Numbered from the stretch's first letter, positions 14,023 to 28,067 are shown. The stretch is 64,000 nt of DNA from Eledone cirrhosa (GCA_964016885.1 OZ024740.1:42098001-42162000), one strand, 5' to 3'. Made by a program: numbers and translations. Notes: a model not told the origin generated them from the sequence alone.

Positions 14023-16798
14023 TGTAGTGACCTACATTCCGCGGGCTCACATACATTCTCTGTGCGTGATTTGGCTCAGTTCAGCCAATCAGCGCCAGTA
14101 GAAGAGGATGTATCCCTACGCGCCCTGAGGAAGAAATTCCCCGCGAAGATTTGAAGAATCTCTCTCTTGTACCGGAAGCTTCAAGCCAGCAACACGCATA
14201 ATGTAACGGTGAGATATTGCACCTTAGCCTCGCCGGCTTAACGGCGCAATGGCACATTCCCTTTTGTAACCTCTTTTTATCTGTAACTTCAACCATATAA
14301 GTTAACAAACATTGTTTGTACTACATCAAAAATAAACATACATTTCATCTCTAATTTCTGCTGTTGAAATCATTTTTATGTTACTCGTGTCTCAATAACA
14401 TCTATAATCCATGCTGCTGGAATTGGCGACTTGACGAAAGGAATGTTGTAAATACAAAGATGGTAAATAGATCGAGGGACGTTCCCTCACGTCTATGTCG
14501 ACAAGATAATCCAACGAGGATACTATCACTTACCACACTGGCAACTAACGACCTTCAATCATCTACCCTGTTAAAGTGGCGACCACTGATTCTACCACAC
14601 TGCTAAAGTGGTGACCCCGACGTAAGAATTTAACGCAGCCCTTCTTTTTCATTCAGTTGAACTTTTATTGCCACGTTGCCAACCTTTTCGCAATTTGCGA
14701 AAATAAAAAATATTCCTTTTAAGATTTTTGAAAAATTAGCAGTATTTCAAAAACTTTTCGCCACGAAGAAATTTCAAGATGGCTACCGACAAGTTCTAAC
14801 CACACTCGACAACAACAACGACAGCAGCAGCGACAGCGTTGTTTAACCACTGACCAATACGGGGAACAGTGAGTGGCAGCTTCATAGCCTTACCGACGCA
14901 AACCACCACACATCGGAAATTTCAAAACGGCTTGTAACTTTACCGACGCAACCACCATACCTTCTGTCTCGTTACCACAGGGACTCGAGAAATTGAGACA
15001 GTAGTTTTCTCACCATTATGGCGTCAGACGTGGCTGCCATGTTTGGTGACTGCAACTCTACAGAAGATTCTTTGACCTTGCTTTAACAATAAGCAACACA
15101 ACCGTGTGGCGGGACGGTAAAATGGCCACGAAAACTCACAAAAACACCATACATCTAACCGCTAACGGCATTAACAAACTTCTTTTTCAGTTTTCAGATA
15201 GAACTAGTGTCTGTACACTGGTGATGTGTGAACTATTTGACTTTGAAAAACTTTGAACTTATTGAGCAATTTCTCTGCTCCCTTAGATTGACTTTGAATT
15301 ATCAGTTTGTTACATTCACATATTTCTTTGTAGAATGCATTTACTTGTTTTGTGCTCTTTTGCTATTTGCTTGCTCATGGTTTTTGTTCATTCACATTCT
15401 TTGCTGTTTTACATGCCTGCATATGCACACATTTTTTTTATCACACACCAACATGTTGTTCTTGGTATATGTTCTTCAAGCGTAATATTCTGCGAGTCCC
15501 TTTTCACCTGGTCGAGGTGCTGTCACATGCTAGCAGCTCACAGAGCTTAATCCACTGGATTCAAACAGGCACCGCAACACGAGAATACTAATTGCAGCTG
15601 AACTCAAACAGCTTCGCATCTCGTTGCACACTGATCGTCCATGACGGCCATCCGTCTTGTTGTTTTTGCCCGACTCGCTGGGAAAGCAACAAATTGAACT
15701 GGACTTGTCGGCATTTCGGCCACTTCTGTGGATTCGCCCGAATTATGGAATTTACACTGCAACCCACCTACAGATTAAACTTGCTTTTTTTTTTCTTTAC
15801 AAAGCAACCAGCCATTTTTTCCTGGCTCCACAGCACATTCGACAATACATCTGGGGGCCATCATTTTCTCGCCAGCACTGGTAAACTACCATAATAGCTT
15901 CGTTCACAGCTACTGGTACAACGCTTACCATTAACATTTAATGCAAGAACAGCAGCTTCGCCCATGTCAGACTTTATCTGTTTTCTGGTAGGCCCTTGAG
16001 GGTCTCGTTTAAACTACAAAACAGCTAGTCATTTGATAGCGGCTCAACACGGCCCGTCGCGCCTAATTTTTTTTTTGTTCTTGCATGAATCTTTCTGCTC
16101 AATTATTTTTTCACTGATGTGCTCTTTCAGCATTTGTTCTTGCTGATTCAATAATATGTGGGTCCTTGGTTTCTTCGTTATCGATTTTCGGCTGAAAATC
16201 TGGTCGGAGATGATGTAGTGACCTACATTCCGCGGGCTCACATACATTCTCAGTGCGTGATTTGGCTCAGTTCAGCTAATCAGCGCCAGTAGAAGAGGAT
16301 GTATCCCTACGCGCCCCGAGGAAGAAATTCCCCGCGAAGATTTGAAGAATCTCTCTCTTGTACCGGAAACTTCAAGCCAACAACACGCATAATGTAACGG
16401 TGAGATATTGCACCCTAGCCTCGCCGGCTTAACGGCGCAATGGCACATTCCCTTTTGTAACCTCTTTTTATCTGTAACTTCAACCATATAAGTTAACAAA
16501 CATTGTTTGTACTACATCAAAAATAAACATACATTTCATCTCTAATTTCTGCTGTTGAAATCATTTTTATGTTACTCGTGTCTCAATAACATCTATAATC
16601 CATGCTGCTGGAATTGGCGACCTGACGAAAGGAATGTTGTAAATACAAAGATGGTAAATAGATCGAGGGACCTTCCCTCACGTCTATGTCGACAAGATAA
16701 TCTAACGAGGATACTATCACTTACAACACTGGCAACTAACGACCTTCAATCATCTACCATGTTAAAGTGGCGACCACTGATTCTACCACCCTGCTAAA
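14023..16798 (+). mobile_element. Non-autonomous LTR retrotransposon (Gypsy-like)
   Basis: 585-bp direct LTRs at 14023-14607 and 16214-16798; 4-bp TSD GTAT (14019-14022, 16799-16802); PBS; 1.6-kb interior without a long ORF. Confidence 0.92.
14609..14623 (+). promoter_or_regulatory. Primer-binding site complementary to the tRNA-Trp 3' end
   Basis: TGGTGACCCCGACGT one nt after the 5' LTR; metazoan tRNA-Trp ends ...ACGTCGGGGTCACCA. Confidence 0.85.
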
Positions 16799-17885
16799 GT
16801 ATCATTGAAGCTTTTATTAGGGGTTGAATGACGTTATAACGTTAGAAGGCATGTAGCCAGGTCACGATCATAATGTAGTGGATTTGATTCCTGGACCAAG
16901 TTGTGTGTTGTATTCTTTAGCAAAACATTTCATGTCATGTTGTTTTAGCATCCTCAGCTGAAAATGAGTACGAGCAGCAGCAGTTGGGGTCTTAACCCTG
17001 CGATGGACTAGCGTCATGTCTAGGTGTGATGTACTCTCAGTTGCTTAACGCCTAGGAGACAAGGATAAGCACCGGCGCAAGCGCCTCACGGCTTGATACA
17101 GACTTTTTAGCACGTCGGATAGAATGCTAACTTCACGCTTGCAAATGTTTTATAAAACTTTTATATGTGGTATTTTTCCTTTGCTAACTTTAAGTACATC
17201 ATCTGTACATCATTAGACACGTTTTCGTGGTTAACATAAATCATGACACCACGACATCCTAATTCTAGCAAATCATGTAATGTACAACCAACTAGTAAAA
17301 GTGGTGTAGTAAAACCCAGGATCAAGGAATATGAAGCATCAGGAATATGCTGGAAGGATGATAATGTCAAATATGAAGCTGGTTCATGACGAGGAAAACA
17401 ATGGTTATGTGTCTTGCTGTGCATCAACGACCACCCTAAGCTACAGATCTTGATTGACATATTTAATATGTGCGAAAGTTTCTTTTCAGATTGGCCGCTA
17501 CTAATATGCAGCAAATGTTTCACTATTTCCTTTAGTATTCAGATCCCATATCATACAATCTCTGTAGAAAAAATATAATAGCCACAAAAATTTGTTTATC
17601 CCTCAGAATGAATAAGATTTTTCTAGAAGAGATAGTTGCAGTGAAGGATATTTCCCCAAACTCTAGAAAATCGATCTTGCAAAACCTTCGGTTTCTACAA
17701 ATGTATTGCGATGCTTCACTGATGGTGGTAGCCCAGTGTAGTTACGGTAAAATTGGAGGAGGTAGCAAAACGAAGAAAAGAGAACAGTCATCTTTTTATA
17801 TAGTTTTTATATATAGAAGTTCTTTTCATTGACTCTCTCAGTACACATTCACACATGCACGCCATATATATTTTTATCCATACAT

Positions 17886-17906
17886 ATGTATGTATGTATG
17901 TATTTG

Positions 17907-17938
<32 letters not shown>

Positions 17939-17996
17939 TGTATGTATGTATGTATGTATGTATGTATGTATGTATGTATGTATGTATGTATGTATG
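17886..17996. repeat. (TATG)n microsatellite
   Basis: Direct inspection. Confidence 0.95.
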
Positions 17997-18070
17997 TGTG
18001 TATGTGTGAGTGTGTGTGCCTATGTGTGTAAATGTGCTTGTATGAATATATTGTATTTATGTATATATAT

Positions 18071-18374
18071 AAAGAATGATGTGCTCATATGCAGAGATGC
18101 TGTGAAATAGCTAATAAAAGAGGGTGAAGACTCTTACAAGACAGAACAATATATTGCCGTCGGCTGCTATGAAGAATTGAACCTCATATCTCCAGCTACC
18201 TGGGAGATATGAGGTTCAATTCCCCATAGCAGCCAATAGCACCTTCTTTCTCTGTCTTTTAAGAGTCTTCACCCTATTTTATAAGCTATTTTATAGCATC
18301 CCTGCATATGAGCACATCATCCTTTACATTAATGTTATATTCTCAGCGCTTCATAGTCCTATCTCTCGGCTACG
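18071..18374 (+). mobile_element. Fold-back cassette with tRNA-like T-arm/CCA, in TA/TG repeat
   Basis: Arms ~18071-18193 and 18203-18325 plus unpaired tail; ATGAGGTTCAATTCCCCATAGCAGCCA at 18209-18235. Confidence 0.6.
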
Positions 18375-18376
18375 TG

Positions 18377-18409
<33 letters not shown>

Positions 18410-18434
18410 GTGTGTATTTGTGTGTGTGTGTGTA

Positions 18435-18476
<42 letters not shown>

Positions 18477-18895
18477 CTGAGAGAGTGGGGATAACAAATT
18501 CCTAAATATGCCGCAAATACTTCAGGAACTAGAGTAAGAGTAGTGTTTGCATTTCAATGCCTGTACCTTAGCAAAGACACATTGGTTTTTGGATACTGAG
18601 GAATGGAAGGCAATATCTTCTTTTATAATCTATAAAGAAGCGTTTCGTGGTAAAGGCTGATTTACATTTAGGGAAAACTTAAGTGGTTAGTTTTGAATAA
18701 CGATAGAATTAACGCTACAGGAGGGAGGCAGAAGAATATGACGTGTACATAGCATTACAGTGGCAAGTGTTAAAGGAAGATAAACAGGAGAGAGAGTGGT
18801 GGTGAGTGAAATTAGACAACACGGATATAGAGAGAGTGAGAGAGATAGCGAGTAAGAGATAAAGAGCGAGAGAACGAGAGAGGGAGACAGAGAAT

Positions 18896-18934
<39 letters not shown>

Positions 18935-19469
18935 GTAAAAAAATATAGAAAATAGAGAGAGCATTTGAGAGGAAATAATAGGGTTTAATATTAGAGAGTG
19001 AAAGAGTGGCAGAAGGGGAAGTTAAAATGAATAGAGTAGCAAAACAAAAATGCAGGGGATGAAGTTAAAAGATGGAAGAGCAAATACAGAAATGTAAAAC
19101 AAAGAAGTTGTACTGTGGTGACAGCTGAGAAGAGGCGAGAGCTACATACGTAAGAATGAAGAGGAGGAAAAGCTAGCGTGATGAGGTGCAGGAAGAAATG
19201 CTTTTAAAACATTATAGTAGACCCACACACACAAATCTTTAAGACATACACACACACACTCGCGTACACACACACATACACATACACACACAGGCACGCA
19301 CACACACAGACACACACACATACACGCATACACATATATATATAATGGGTGGAATCGTGATGGCTGTCAGAAGGTGACTATAGTTAAAAAAGTATTCAAT
19401 GCGTTGGTAGAGGATAGAAATCTTTATCTATACGAATGACTTCTATGAATTCACCAGGAAAATGCTGAA

Positions 19470-19543
<74 letters not shown>

Positions 19544-19545
<2 letters not shown>

Positions 19546-20085
19546 ACGTTATTCCGGGTTGAATCGGAGGTAACCACAGTAAGTAAGGTACTCAATACAT
19601 AGCAGAGTATAAAAGTTTTAATATAGATGAGGTTCTACAGGACTAGAACTGTTTCATTCTTTAGAAATCATCAGGAATCTGGGTATCAAAAAATAAAAAT
19701 GGTATTTATAGGTCTCTACAAGTGGTAGGAGAGGGTGGGGAGTGGGATGGGTGTAGGTCATTGGTTGATAGAAAATTCATTAAAAGCTAATTCTACAAAG
19801 CTATAGTTTATTTTTATTTATTTATGTTTTTAGTAACAAGGGCAGACAGAATTCTATAAACAGGTTCCGGATGGCATACCATTCCTTGTCATTAAGTTTC
19901 TCTTAAGCTAACAGATGTCTATAAGATCAGTGGGGGGTCAGTCATGGTCAATAGAATTACACCCATCCCACTCCCCACCCTCTCCTACCACTTGTAGAGA
20001 CCTATAAATACCATTTTTATTTTTTGATACCCAGATTCCTGATGATTTCTAAAGAATGAAACAGTTCTAGTCCTGTAGAATCTCA

Positions 20086-20088
<3 letters not shown>
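19544..20088 (-). mobile_element. PLE pLTR fold-back cassette, family B, between (TA)n tracts
   Basis: Arms ~19620-19754 and 19958-20088; HHR in both arms; unpaired tail on the left. Confidence 0.8.
20033..20083 (+). ncRNA. Type I hammerhead ribozyme (family B)
   Basis: AGATTC-CTGATGA-TTTCTAAAGAAT-GAAA-CAG TTCTAGTC CTG-TA-GAATCT. Confidence 0.85.
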
Positions 20089-20140
<52 letters not shown>

Positions 20141-20168
20141 ATATATATATACACGTGTATATATGTAC

Positions 20169-20226
<58 letters not shown>

Positions 20227-20230
<4 letters not shown>

Positions 20231-20422
20231 ACAAGTAAGACCCCGACGGCTGAGCTCAAGCCGTTTCGATGGCTAATTCTGGACTGTGTCCAGAATTAGC
20301 CGTCGAAACGGCTGAGCTCAGCCGTCGGGCTCTTACTTGTTCCTATTACCCACTCTACTACCCTAAGTATTGAGTACTTTGGTGCGTTATGGTTCACCTG
20401 GTTCCTTACCACATTTCCTTCG

Positions 20423-20423
<1 letters not shown>
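20227..20423 (+). mobile_element. Family A mini fold-back
   Basis: ~58-bp arms around TGT, then the family A tail and (TA)n. Confidence 0.8.
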
Positions 20424-20477
<54 letters not shown>

Positions 20478-20553
20478 AATATATATATATGTTTACATAT
20501 TTATGTATATATATATATATATGTGTATATATACACGTGTACATATGTACGTG

Positions 20554-20590
<37 letters not shown>

Positions 20591-20752
20591 ATACATATAT
20601 ACATATATATACATATATACATATATACACGTGTATATATATATATATATACACACATATATATATATACATAAATATGTAAACATATATATATATATAT
20701 ATACACATATATACATACATATATATACATATATACATATATACATACATAC

Positions 20753-20813
<61 letters not shown>

Positions 20814-21167
20814 GTTAACATTTCTGAAGGAATGTACCCAAGCCACATGATATAGGAAATATTATTAGTGGAAAATGCACTAAGCTATTTTACATCAATA
20901 CTTTATTTTTTGCACTAAATGTTTATAAATACATAAATCCAAACTAGAGCAGAGTAACCCTTAAATGTTTTTACCTAATTATTTATATTTATGTAAAATT
21001 ATATAGGAACATTTAGGGTTAAAGAAATGTAACTATTTTTATTTTAGCATACATCTGTTTTCATATTGTACTTCGGGTGTTTATAATGAAAAAATATGGA
21101 AATACAAAATCATATTTTTATGTAAAAGCACTTAATGTATGTAAAAAATGTTAAGCATTTTCGAATT

Positions 21168-21541
21168 AGAGGGTCGGACGCCATGCTTTGCAGGAAAGAG
21201 TTACGTCCCTTTATGACCTGAGTTCAAATCCTGCCAAGGTTAACTTTGCCTTTCATCCTTACGGGATCGATAAAATAAAGTACCAGTAATACACTAGGAT
21301 AATTGCTGGCCTTGTGCCAAAAGGAGAAACAATTATATATTATGTACAGGGTGCTGGATTGGCAGTATCGGTAGAGGGTCGGACGCCATGCTTTACAGCA
21401 TAGAGTTACGCCCCTTCATGGTCTGAGTTTAAATCCCGCCGAGGTTAACTTTGTCTTACATCCTTACGGGATCGATAAAATAAAGTACCAGTAATGCACT
21501 GGGATAATTACTGGACTTGTGCCAAAAGTAGAAACAATTAT
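21168..21541 (+). mobile_element. Two head-to-tail SINEs
   Basis: Family matches at 21168-21336 and 21349-21541. Confidence 0.85.
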
Positions 21542-21622
21542 ATATATTATGTACACACACACACACAGGCATCCTGTTAAAGAATCTATCGACCATGGAA
21601 GTCTGTGGAAAGCTACTACAGC

Positions 21623-21702
<80 letters not shown>

Positions 21703-21705
<3 letters not shown>

Positions 21706-22260
21706 AAAATGAGGGGTTTTTTTAAATGAAAAAAAAAACGAGGTGTCCTACACGAGTAAAAGTATAAGGGAAAAAAATGAAATCGAAAATGCAACTGGAG
21801 TCTTTTAGAAAATATTTATTTGTTTCCTTTACCGGTTTCAGTCAAAATGACAATAAAGAACCCTCAAACGCGAAGTGGCGCGAAAGTTGATGTGTTTATT
21901 CACGTGACTCTATCAACCAACCAATTTTGACTGATATGAAAAAAACAATTTGAGCCCCCTTTTTTTAAAGGCAAATAAAATAAAAACTTTGTAACGCGAA
22001 CCGGCGCGAAATTTATTATACTTATTCATGTGACATTCATTAACCAACCAAATTACTTTTCTAAAAAACCTAGCAATTCGAGCCACTTTTTCCCACATAA
22101 AACAGAAGTAACATTCGAACACTAACCAGATGCGAGAAAAACCACAACCCACCATTTCAATTCTACTTTTAAAAAGCGTAAGAACTGTGAAACCGGTAAA
22201 GGAAACAAATAAATATTCTTTAAAAGACTCCAGTTGTATTTTCAATTTCATCTTTTTACC
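21703..22260. mobile_element. Family C pLTR fold-back
   Basis: 21770-21841 inverted at ~22185-22258; related to 52601-52650 and 62300-62598; TA flanks. Confidence 0.7.
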
Positions 22261-22284
22261 ATATATATATATATATATATAATA

Positions 22285-22357
<73 letters not shown>

Positions 22358-22857
22358 TTTATTTTATTCAATTTAAGAAAGTTGGTTGATTGAAAATCTC
22401 ATGACCTTTTCTTAATAGATGTAAAGCACTCCACGATTTTTATTCACCCGGGGTTTTATAATAATAATAAACAAGAAAGATAGTTTTATGCGTACATCCC
22501 TATTTATTTCGTTATATGTATTTCAAAGACGCAAGGCAGTTGTATAATAATTGCCCTCGTGTTCTCTTCAGACAAATATCCAAACCAGATGTAAAGTTCC
22601 ATTGATATTTTACAGGTCATACGTAAGCATGACGACCAGTAAGCATGATAACAACATGCTGCTTCGTTCGTCACTTGCCCAAAAACATAAACACATTTTT
22701 TTCTTCTCTACTTTTTCTTTGCTTGCTTCCTTAAAGTATACCATCATTCCGCAATTTACACCTGAAGATGTCACCAGGTTCTTACGCAACCTGGCCACTG
22801 AAATCTGTTTTCAGAAATTAAGGAAATTAAACATATTTGGTCTTCTGTAATTTCACT

Positions 22858-22944
<87 letters not shown>

Positions 22945-22950
22945 ATATAT

Positions 22951-23590
22951 GAATGTATGAATAGTATATTTGGCAATATACCGTGTGTTTAATTAAAAAC
23001 ATTTAGAAGACTATACGCTATCTATTTTAAAGTAGTGAATATGTCACTTACTTCTTTTAGGCGAAAGAGGGAGAGAGGTTGACAGTCTGTTTCACGCTGG
23101 TTGGCGTTCATCAGAACCACGCACTCCCCTGCTTCCGCCGAAAATTATAGAAGCTGGATTCTTATAGAATTCCAGTAATAATCAGGAGCTGATTATACAG
23201 AGCGATTGCCGGTCCAGGAAGAATTTGGAATTAGGATTGGTGTTCTGAAATAGCGATGTATACATCAATGTATGTATAATATATTTGGCAATATACCGTA
23301 TACATCGCTTCCTAATTCTTGCTGGACCGGCAATCGCTCTGTATAATCAGCTCCTGATTATTACTGGAATTCTATAAGAATCTAGCTTCTATAATTTTCG
23401 GCGGAAGCAGGGGAGTGCGTGGTTCTGATGAACGCCAACCAGACTGTCAACCTCTTTCCCTCTTTCGCCGAAAATAAGTAAGTGACATAGTCACTACTTT
23501 AAAACAGATAGCGTATGGTCTTCTAAATGTTTTTAATTAAACATACGGTATATTGCCAAATATACAATACATACATTCATGTATACATCG
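22951..23590. mobile_element. pLTR fold-back cassette with HHR
   Basis: ~270-bp arms at 22951-23222 and 23315-23582, flanked by TA repeats. Confidence 0.8.
23077..23118 (-). ncRNA. Type I hammerhead ribozyme
   Basis: Minus: GGTT-CTGATGA-ACGC CAACCA GCGT-GAAA-CAGACTG-TC-AACC. Confidence 0.85.
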
Positions 23591-23734
23591 CTAATTCTCT
23601 CTCTCTATATATATATATATGGAATTATATATATATACACACACATATAAATAATATGCATAATATCAATATTATCCAATTACCAGTATGCGAGTAGCTC
23701 TATGTAAAATAGCAAATATAATACAGAGCCGGAA

Positions 23735-24652
23735 TACTTTATATATAACAATCAAAAAGTTTAATAACATTTAATTACTAACAATCGTTTCATCCAAGTA
23801 CAAGGCCCGATCATCGGAATATAAATCAATTGTTAGAACACAGATAACTTTGTTAAAGAACATAAGAAAATATTATATTAAGATGGTGTCGTTCGGAATC
23901 AATATATGACTTTCTCCATGACTTTCTCCATGATTTTCTCCACGACCTTCTCCATTCTATTTTTATATGTGGTGCTTTTTTGCATTGATAGCAACTATTA
24001 TATATTGGACCTTACTTTGCTAGTCATTCTCTCTATATTAATCAACTCGAGAGGTTTGAACATCTTTGATAATAACGACATTTTAGTAGTTTAACGTCTA
24101 TTTTGCTGACTACACCCAGTGGTTATTACTACATTTGAAGTATAATAGATGATCTATACACTTAGAACTGTAAAATGGAGCTGAACATTTTATTATAGAA
24201 ATATAGTAAACATATACCTTGAAGATTACTGTTACATTCTTAAGTTTATATTTGATCGATGCACTAGCTTTTATAGACTGTTGTATTGCCTATATATGTA
24301 TAAACTTGTCAATGCATGATGTGCCTACTTTATGCTTAATTCCTTATAGCAGATGTTTTCTTTTTTCTTTCCTTTATATCAGCCTGTTTTTAATGGCTCT
24401 TGCTGGTGATACTTGATCATATTTATATGATCATACTTTTCATTGCTTCTTGCTTTCCTCTCTTAAATCTATGTTAACATCTATTATTTTAGCTTTCTTC
24501 CCATATATGGTATCCACAGAATGTTCTTTTACAAAGTTATCTGCGTTCTAACTTTTGATTTATACTCCGATGATTCCGGCCTTGTGCTTGGATGAAACGA
24601 ACATTAGTAATTAAATGTTATTAAACACTCTTTGATTGTTATTTATAAAGTA
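23735..24652. mobile_element. Diverged fold-back cassette with HHR-like motif
   Basis: Arms ~23735-23862 and 24520-24652; CCGATGA..GGAT-GAAACG motif in both. Confidence 0.6.
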
Positions 24653-24674
24653 TATATATATATATATATATATT

Positions 24675-24820
24675 TAGGAAAAGTTCAGGACCCCGACGGC
24701 AGAGCTCTAGCTCTGCCATCGGGATCCTGAACCTTTTCCTATTGCCCACTCTACTACCCAAAGTATCGAGTACTCTGGTGCGTTATGGTCCACCTGGTTC
24801 CTTACAACACTTCCTTCGTT
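24675..24820 (+). mobile_element. Family A mini fold-back
   Basis: TAGGAAAAGTTCAGGACCCCGACGGCAGAGCT..AGCTCTGCCATCGGGATCCTGAACCTTTTCCTA plus tail plus (TA)n. Confidence 0.8.
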
Positions 24821-25533
24821 ATATATATATATATATGTTTTATTCCATTTGTATTCCCATTTCAGGGTCAACTACCTTTCAAAGTATTTTCCCATTATGT
24901 GCTCTTTTGGCTGTATTACATTACAGACAAGCAAGCAAGCAAGCAAGCAATCACAGAATTTTAGTAATATATAGATTTATATTCAAATTTATATTATACT
25001 GTATTATTTAGTTTGTTTATGTAAAATTATGTAAAATTATGTAAAATTATTTAAGTTTAAAGAAAAAATTGTGAATATTTCTAACTTAATCTACATTAGT
25101 TTTATACTGTAATTTTGAATTTCATATTTAAAACAATATGTAAACGCAGCAAGTAATGTATTTATGTAAAAATATATTTAGTCTACTTTTGCCGCATGTC
25201 TTTTGATTTTTCATTCATTCATATATATATATATATAATTCTTATGTGATATACCAGCTTTGGGTATATATATGCCGCAATTTTCAATTTGTCAAGGTGT
25301 CTAAACGTATGTTATTACTCTAAGGGCCTACCTCATTGAGTGCTTTGCTGCTCATTCCTAATAGTAGGTGGTTAGCTTGGCCACAGCCAAAGCTTCGATT
25401 TTACTAAGCTTCTACTTGTGTATATATATATATTTGCTCTACGGTTCTTATATATTTGATATATATTTATCCTTATCGAGCCCTCTTTGGATTTTAGTCT
25501 TCAAATTTATTATTATTACTATATATTTATATA

Positions 25534-25743
25534 TAGGAAAATGTTCAAGAACTCGATGACAGAGCTCAAGCCGTTTCGACAGCTATTTCTAGACGCGAAA
25601 TTTCAGTCCAGAAATAGCTGTCGAAACGGCTTAAGCTCTGCGGTCGGGGTCCTGACTCTTTTCCTATTACCCACTCTACTGCCTAAAGTATCGAGTAGTC
25701 TGGTGCGTTATGGTCCACCTGGTTCCTTACCACACTTCCTTCC
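25534..25743 (+). mobile_element. Family A fold-back
   Basis: Same family sequence with an inverted 5' part. Confidence 0.75.
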
Positions 25744-25745
25744 TG

Positions 25746-25785
<40 letters not shown>

Positions 25786-26036
25786 GTGCGTGTGTTCGCC
25801 TCTAATTTACGCCGGTAAATTCTACGTTGAAAGTCATCTTAGTATCCGGAGTATGGAACAAAAATACCGCCTATATTCCCACAGAAAACCTTTCAGCTAC
25901 TTACTGTCATTTAAAGTGTCGCAACCCTTCTAGAAAGACAAATTCGTAAGAAAATGCATTGATAAATCCAAATATTCCAGGAGTGAATTGCAGTTCCCGC
26001 TCCTGGGTATTCCTCTGATATTATTAACTATGGAAG

Positions 26037-26229
26037 GGCGGAGGATTGGTAGCATCAGTAGAGGGTCGGATGCCATGCTTTGCAGCATAGAGTTACGACC
26101 CTTTACAGTCTGAGTTCAACATCCGCCGAGGTTTACTTTGCCCTTCATCCTAGCGGGGTCGATAAAATAAAGTACCAGTAATGCATTGGAATAATTGCTG
26201 GCCTTGTGCCAAAAGTAGAAGCAATTATT
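26037..26229 (+). mobile_element. tRNA-derived SINE
   Basis: Family match. Confidence 0.85.
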
Positions 26230-27517
26230 AACTATGGAACTAATAACCTGTTTAAGCCTATTATTCGGCCAACAATGTATACATTATACTTTACCGTAAA
26301 CCTAAAGCAATTCCCATCCCTAAATGGCGCATATTTATATTTATGTTCGAATACTCAGTCAAATATCTTACCTAATTCTCTTACTGGTATATAAGGTAGA
26401 AAAATCGTAAATATGTTTAGTCTTAGCCTCATTCTAATCTAACTAAAACTCTGCACTTGATCACAATCTCTACCTCATTTTCATAACACTATTATTATAT
26501 ACCGCTTCACAATATTTAACAAAAGCCACATTAACCAAGAATGCCATCTGCTTATTCGAGTTTTTGTTTGGTCCCTTCTCTAAATCTAATCATATACGCT
26601 ATTTTATGTAATTTAAGAATCCAGAAAATCTAGGAATACATCTATTTTCCTCATACCTCATGCAACCAATTCAGTCGTACGTCACTTAATCAGTGAACCG
26701 GTGTTTTCCGACACGAACTTGTTAGTCCCATTACTACTAAAGGGTGACCGGACTTACTCCCTAGCCAAAACTGTCAAACAGTACAACTTACAAATAATTA
26801 CAAAGTTAGGCACCACCTTGTCCGCCTCCATGACAATGTAGCTATAATAAAACTCATTTAAATACCATTTAACTTCGGATTTATTAAGAATCGACGCTTT
26901 AACCTATCTGTAACTATATCATCAACACTTTCCTTTCCCCCACCCAACATTCTTTTCTAACACTTAACCATATGATCGACACTTTCCATCCAGCCGCACC
27001 ACCACTCCCACTCAGCACCTTTAACCTACATTTAATCGAACTATCGACCCATTCATTCCACCCTCACCACTCACATCCAGCAGTCTTTTCCTACATTTAA
27101 CCATACTACCTACCCGTATTCCAGCCCCTTCTACCAGTCCAATCCAACAGCCTCATCCTACTTTTAACCATTTTTACCGAGCCTTTTCCTCCGACCTTCC
27201 TTAATACCTTAACAATACTGTATACATTGCTAATTTTATCCAAAAAAACCCATCAAACTTAAAACTACCCTACTTCATACAGAGCCGCTCACCGTAACAA
27301 ACCCCCTATATATATAGTACCCTTCATAATCAGCCTATTATGTTGTGAAGGGAACGCCATCTTGAAATACACTGCCATTTAGTGGATCGAGTCAATTCTG
27401 CAAATGAGGAAAGAAACTTTGTTAGTTTCTGCAACTGTAGCCACCAATATTGTAAGAATATTCATTTAAGTGTTGATATTATAAGTATTTGAAATGAAGG
27501 AGTGTTTTTGTGGTCAG

Positions 27518-27790
27518 CCTGTATTTAAGTTAGCCGTAAACACGTTTCCCATCTCCGGGCTAGAAAAAGCTAGAACAGTTGCAATCGCACGACCACTGAC
27601 AGAGATAGCATTAAAATCCGGCTTTTATTATAATTAAAAAATCTACGATTTATCTTTGGTCGATGCGACGAATAATTTATACAAAAGCTCCTATCTCTAA
27701 CAACTTCAGGTACATGTTTATGTACATTACGATTGGCAAACATCGAATTTAAAATGATCCTATCTAGGGATTATCCGACAAAATGTTTCA
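27518..27790 (-). pseudogene. Decayed PLE coding fragment, probably Naiad/Chlamys type
   Basis: Manual translation SLDRIILNSMFANRNVHKHVPEVV..INYSSHRPKINRRFFNYNK, then (frameshifted) CDCNCSSF and GNVFTANL; resembles the KIFNY..CxC..GHV.TGDL region of these elements. Confidence 0.5.
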
Positions 27791-28067
27791 TAACCACACT
27801 TTTCTAACCTTATCTCTGGTGTCCTTAATAAAGCGGTTACAAAATACTATCTATCAAAACACGAACCTCAGCTAAATTGCTCTAACAAAGTCCCTCCTTC
27901 AACCCTCCCCCATATATATATATAGAGAGAGAGAGAAAGAGAGTGGGGCTCGTATATAGAACATAATCTCAAATGCACATAACAACGCCACACATCCCAC
28001 CGACCAAACCATGGAATCGATTCAACTCCATGTTTCTTTACCTCCCAATCTCCTCTCACTTTCCCCT

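Noticed and set aside
14081-16797. Duplicated 75-aa and 80-aa ORFs
   Set aside because: Lie wholly within the two LTRs; duplication explains their identity
22760-22824. HHR-like CTGAAGA..GAAA TCTG TTTT CAGA; similar decayed motifs near 50145-50187 and 55915-55940
   Set aside because: Cleavage triplet, core or stem I broken; probably decayed, so not called as ribozymes
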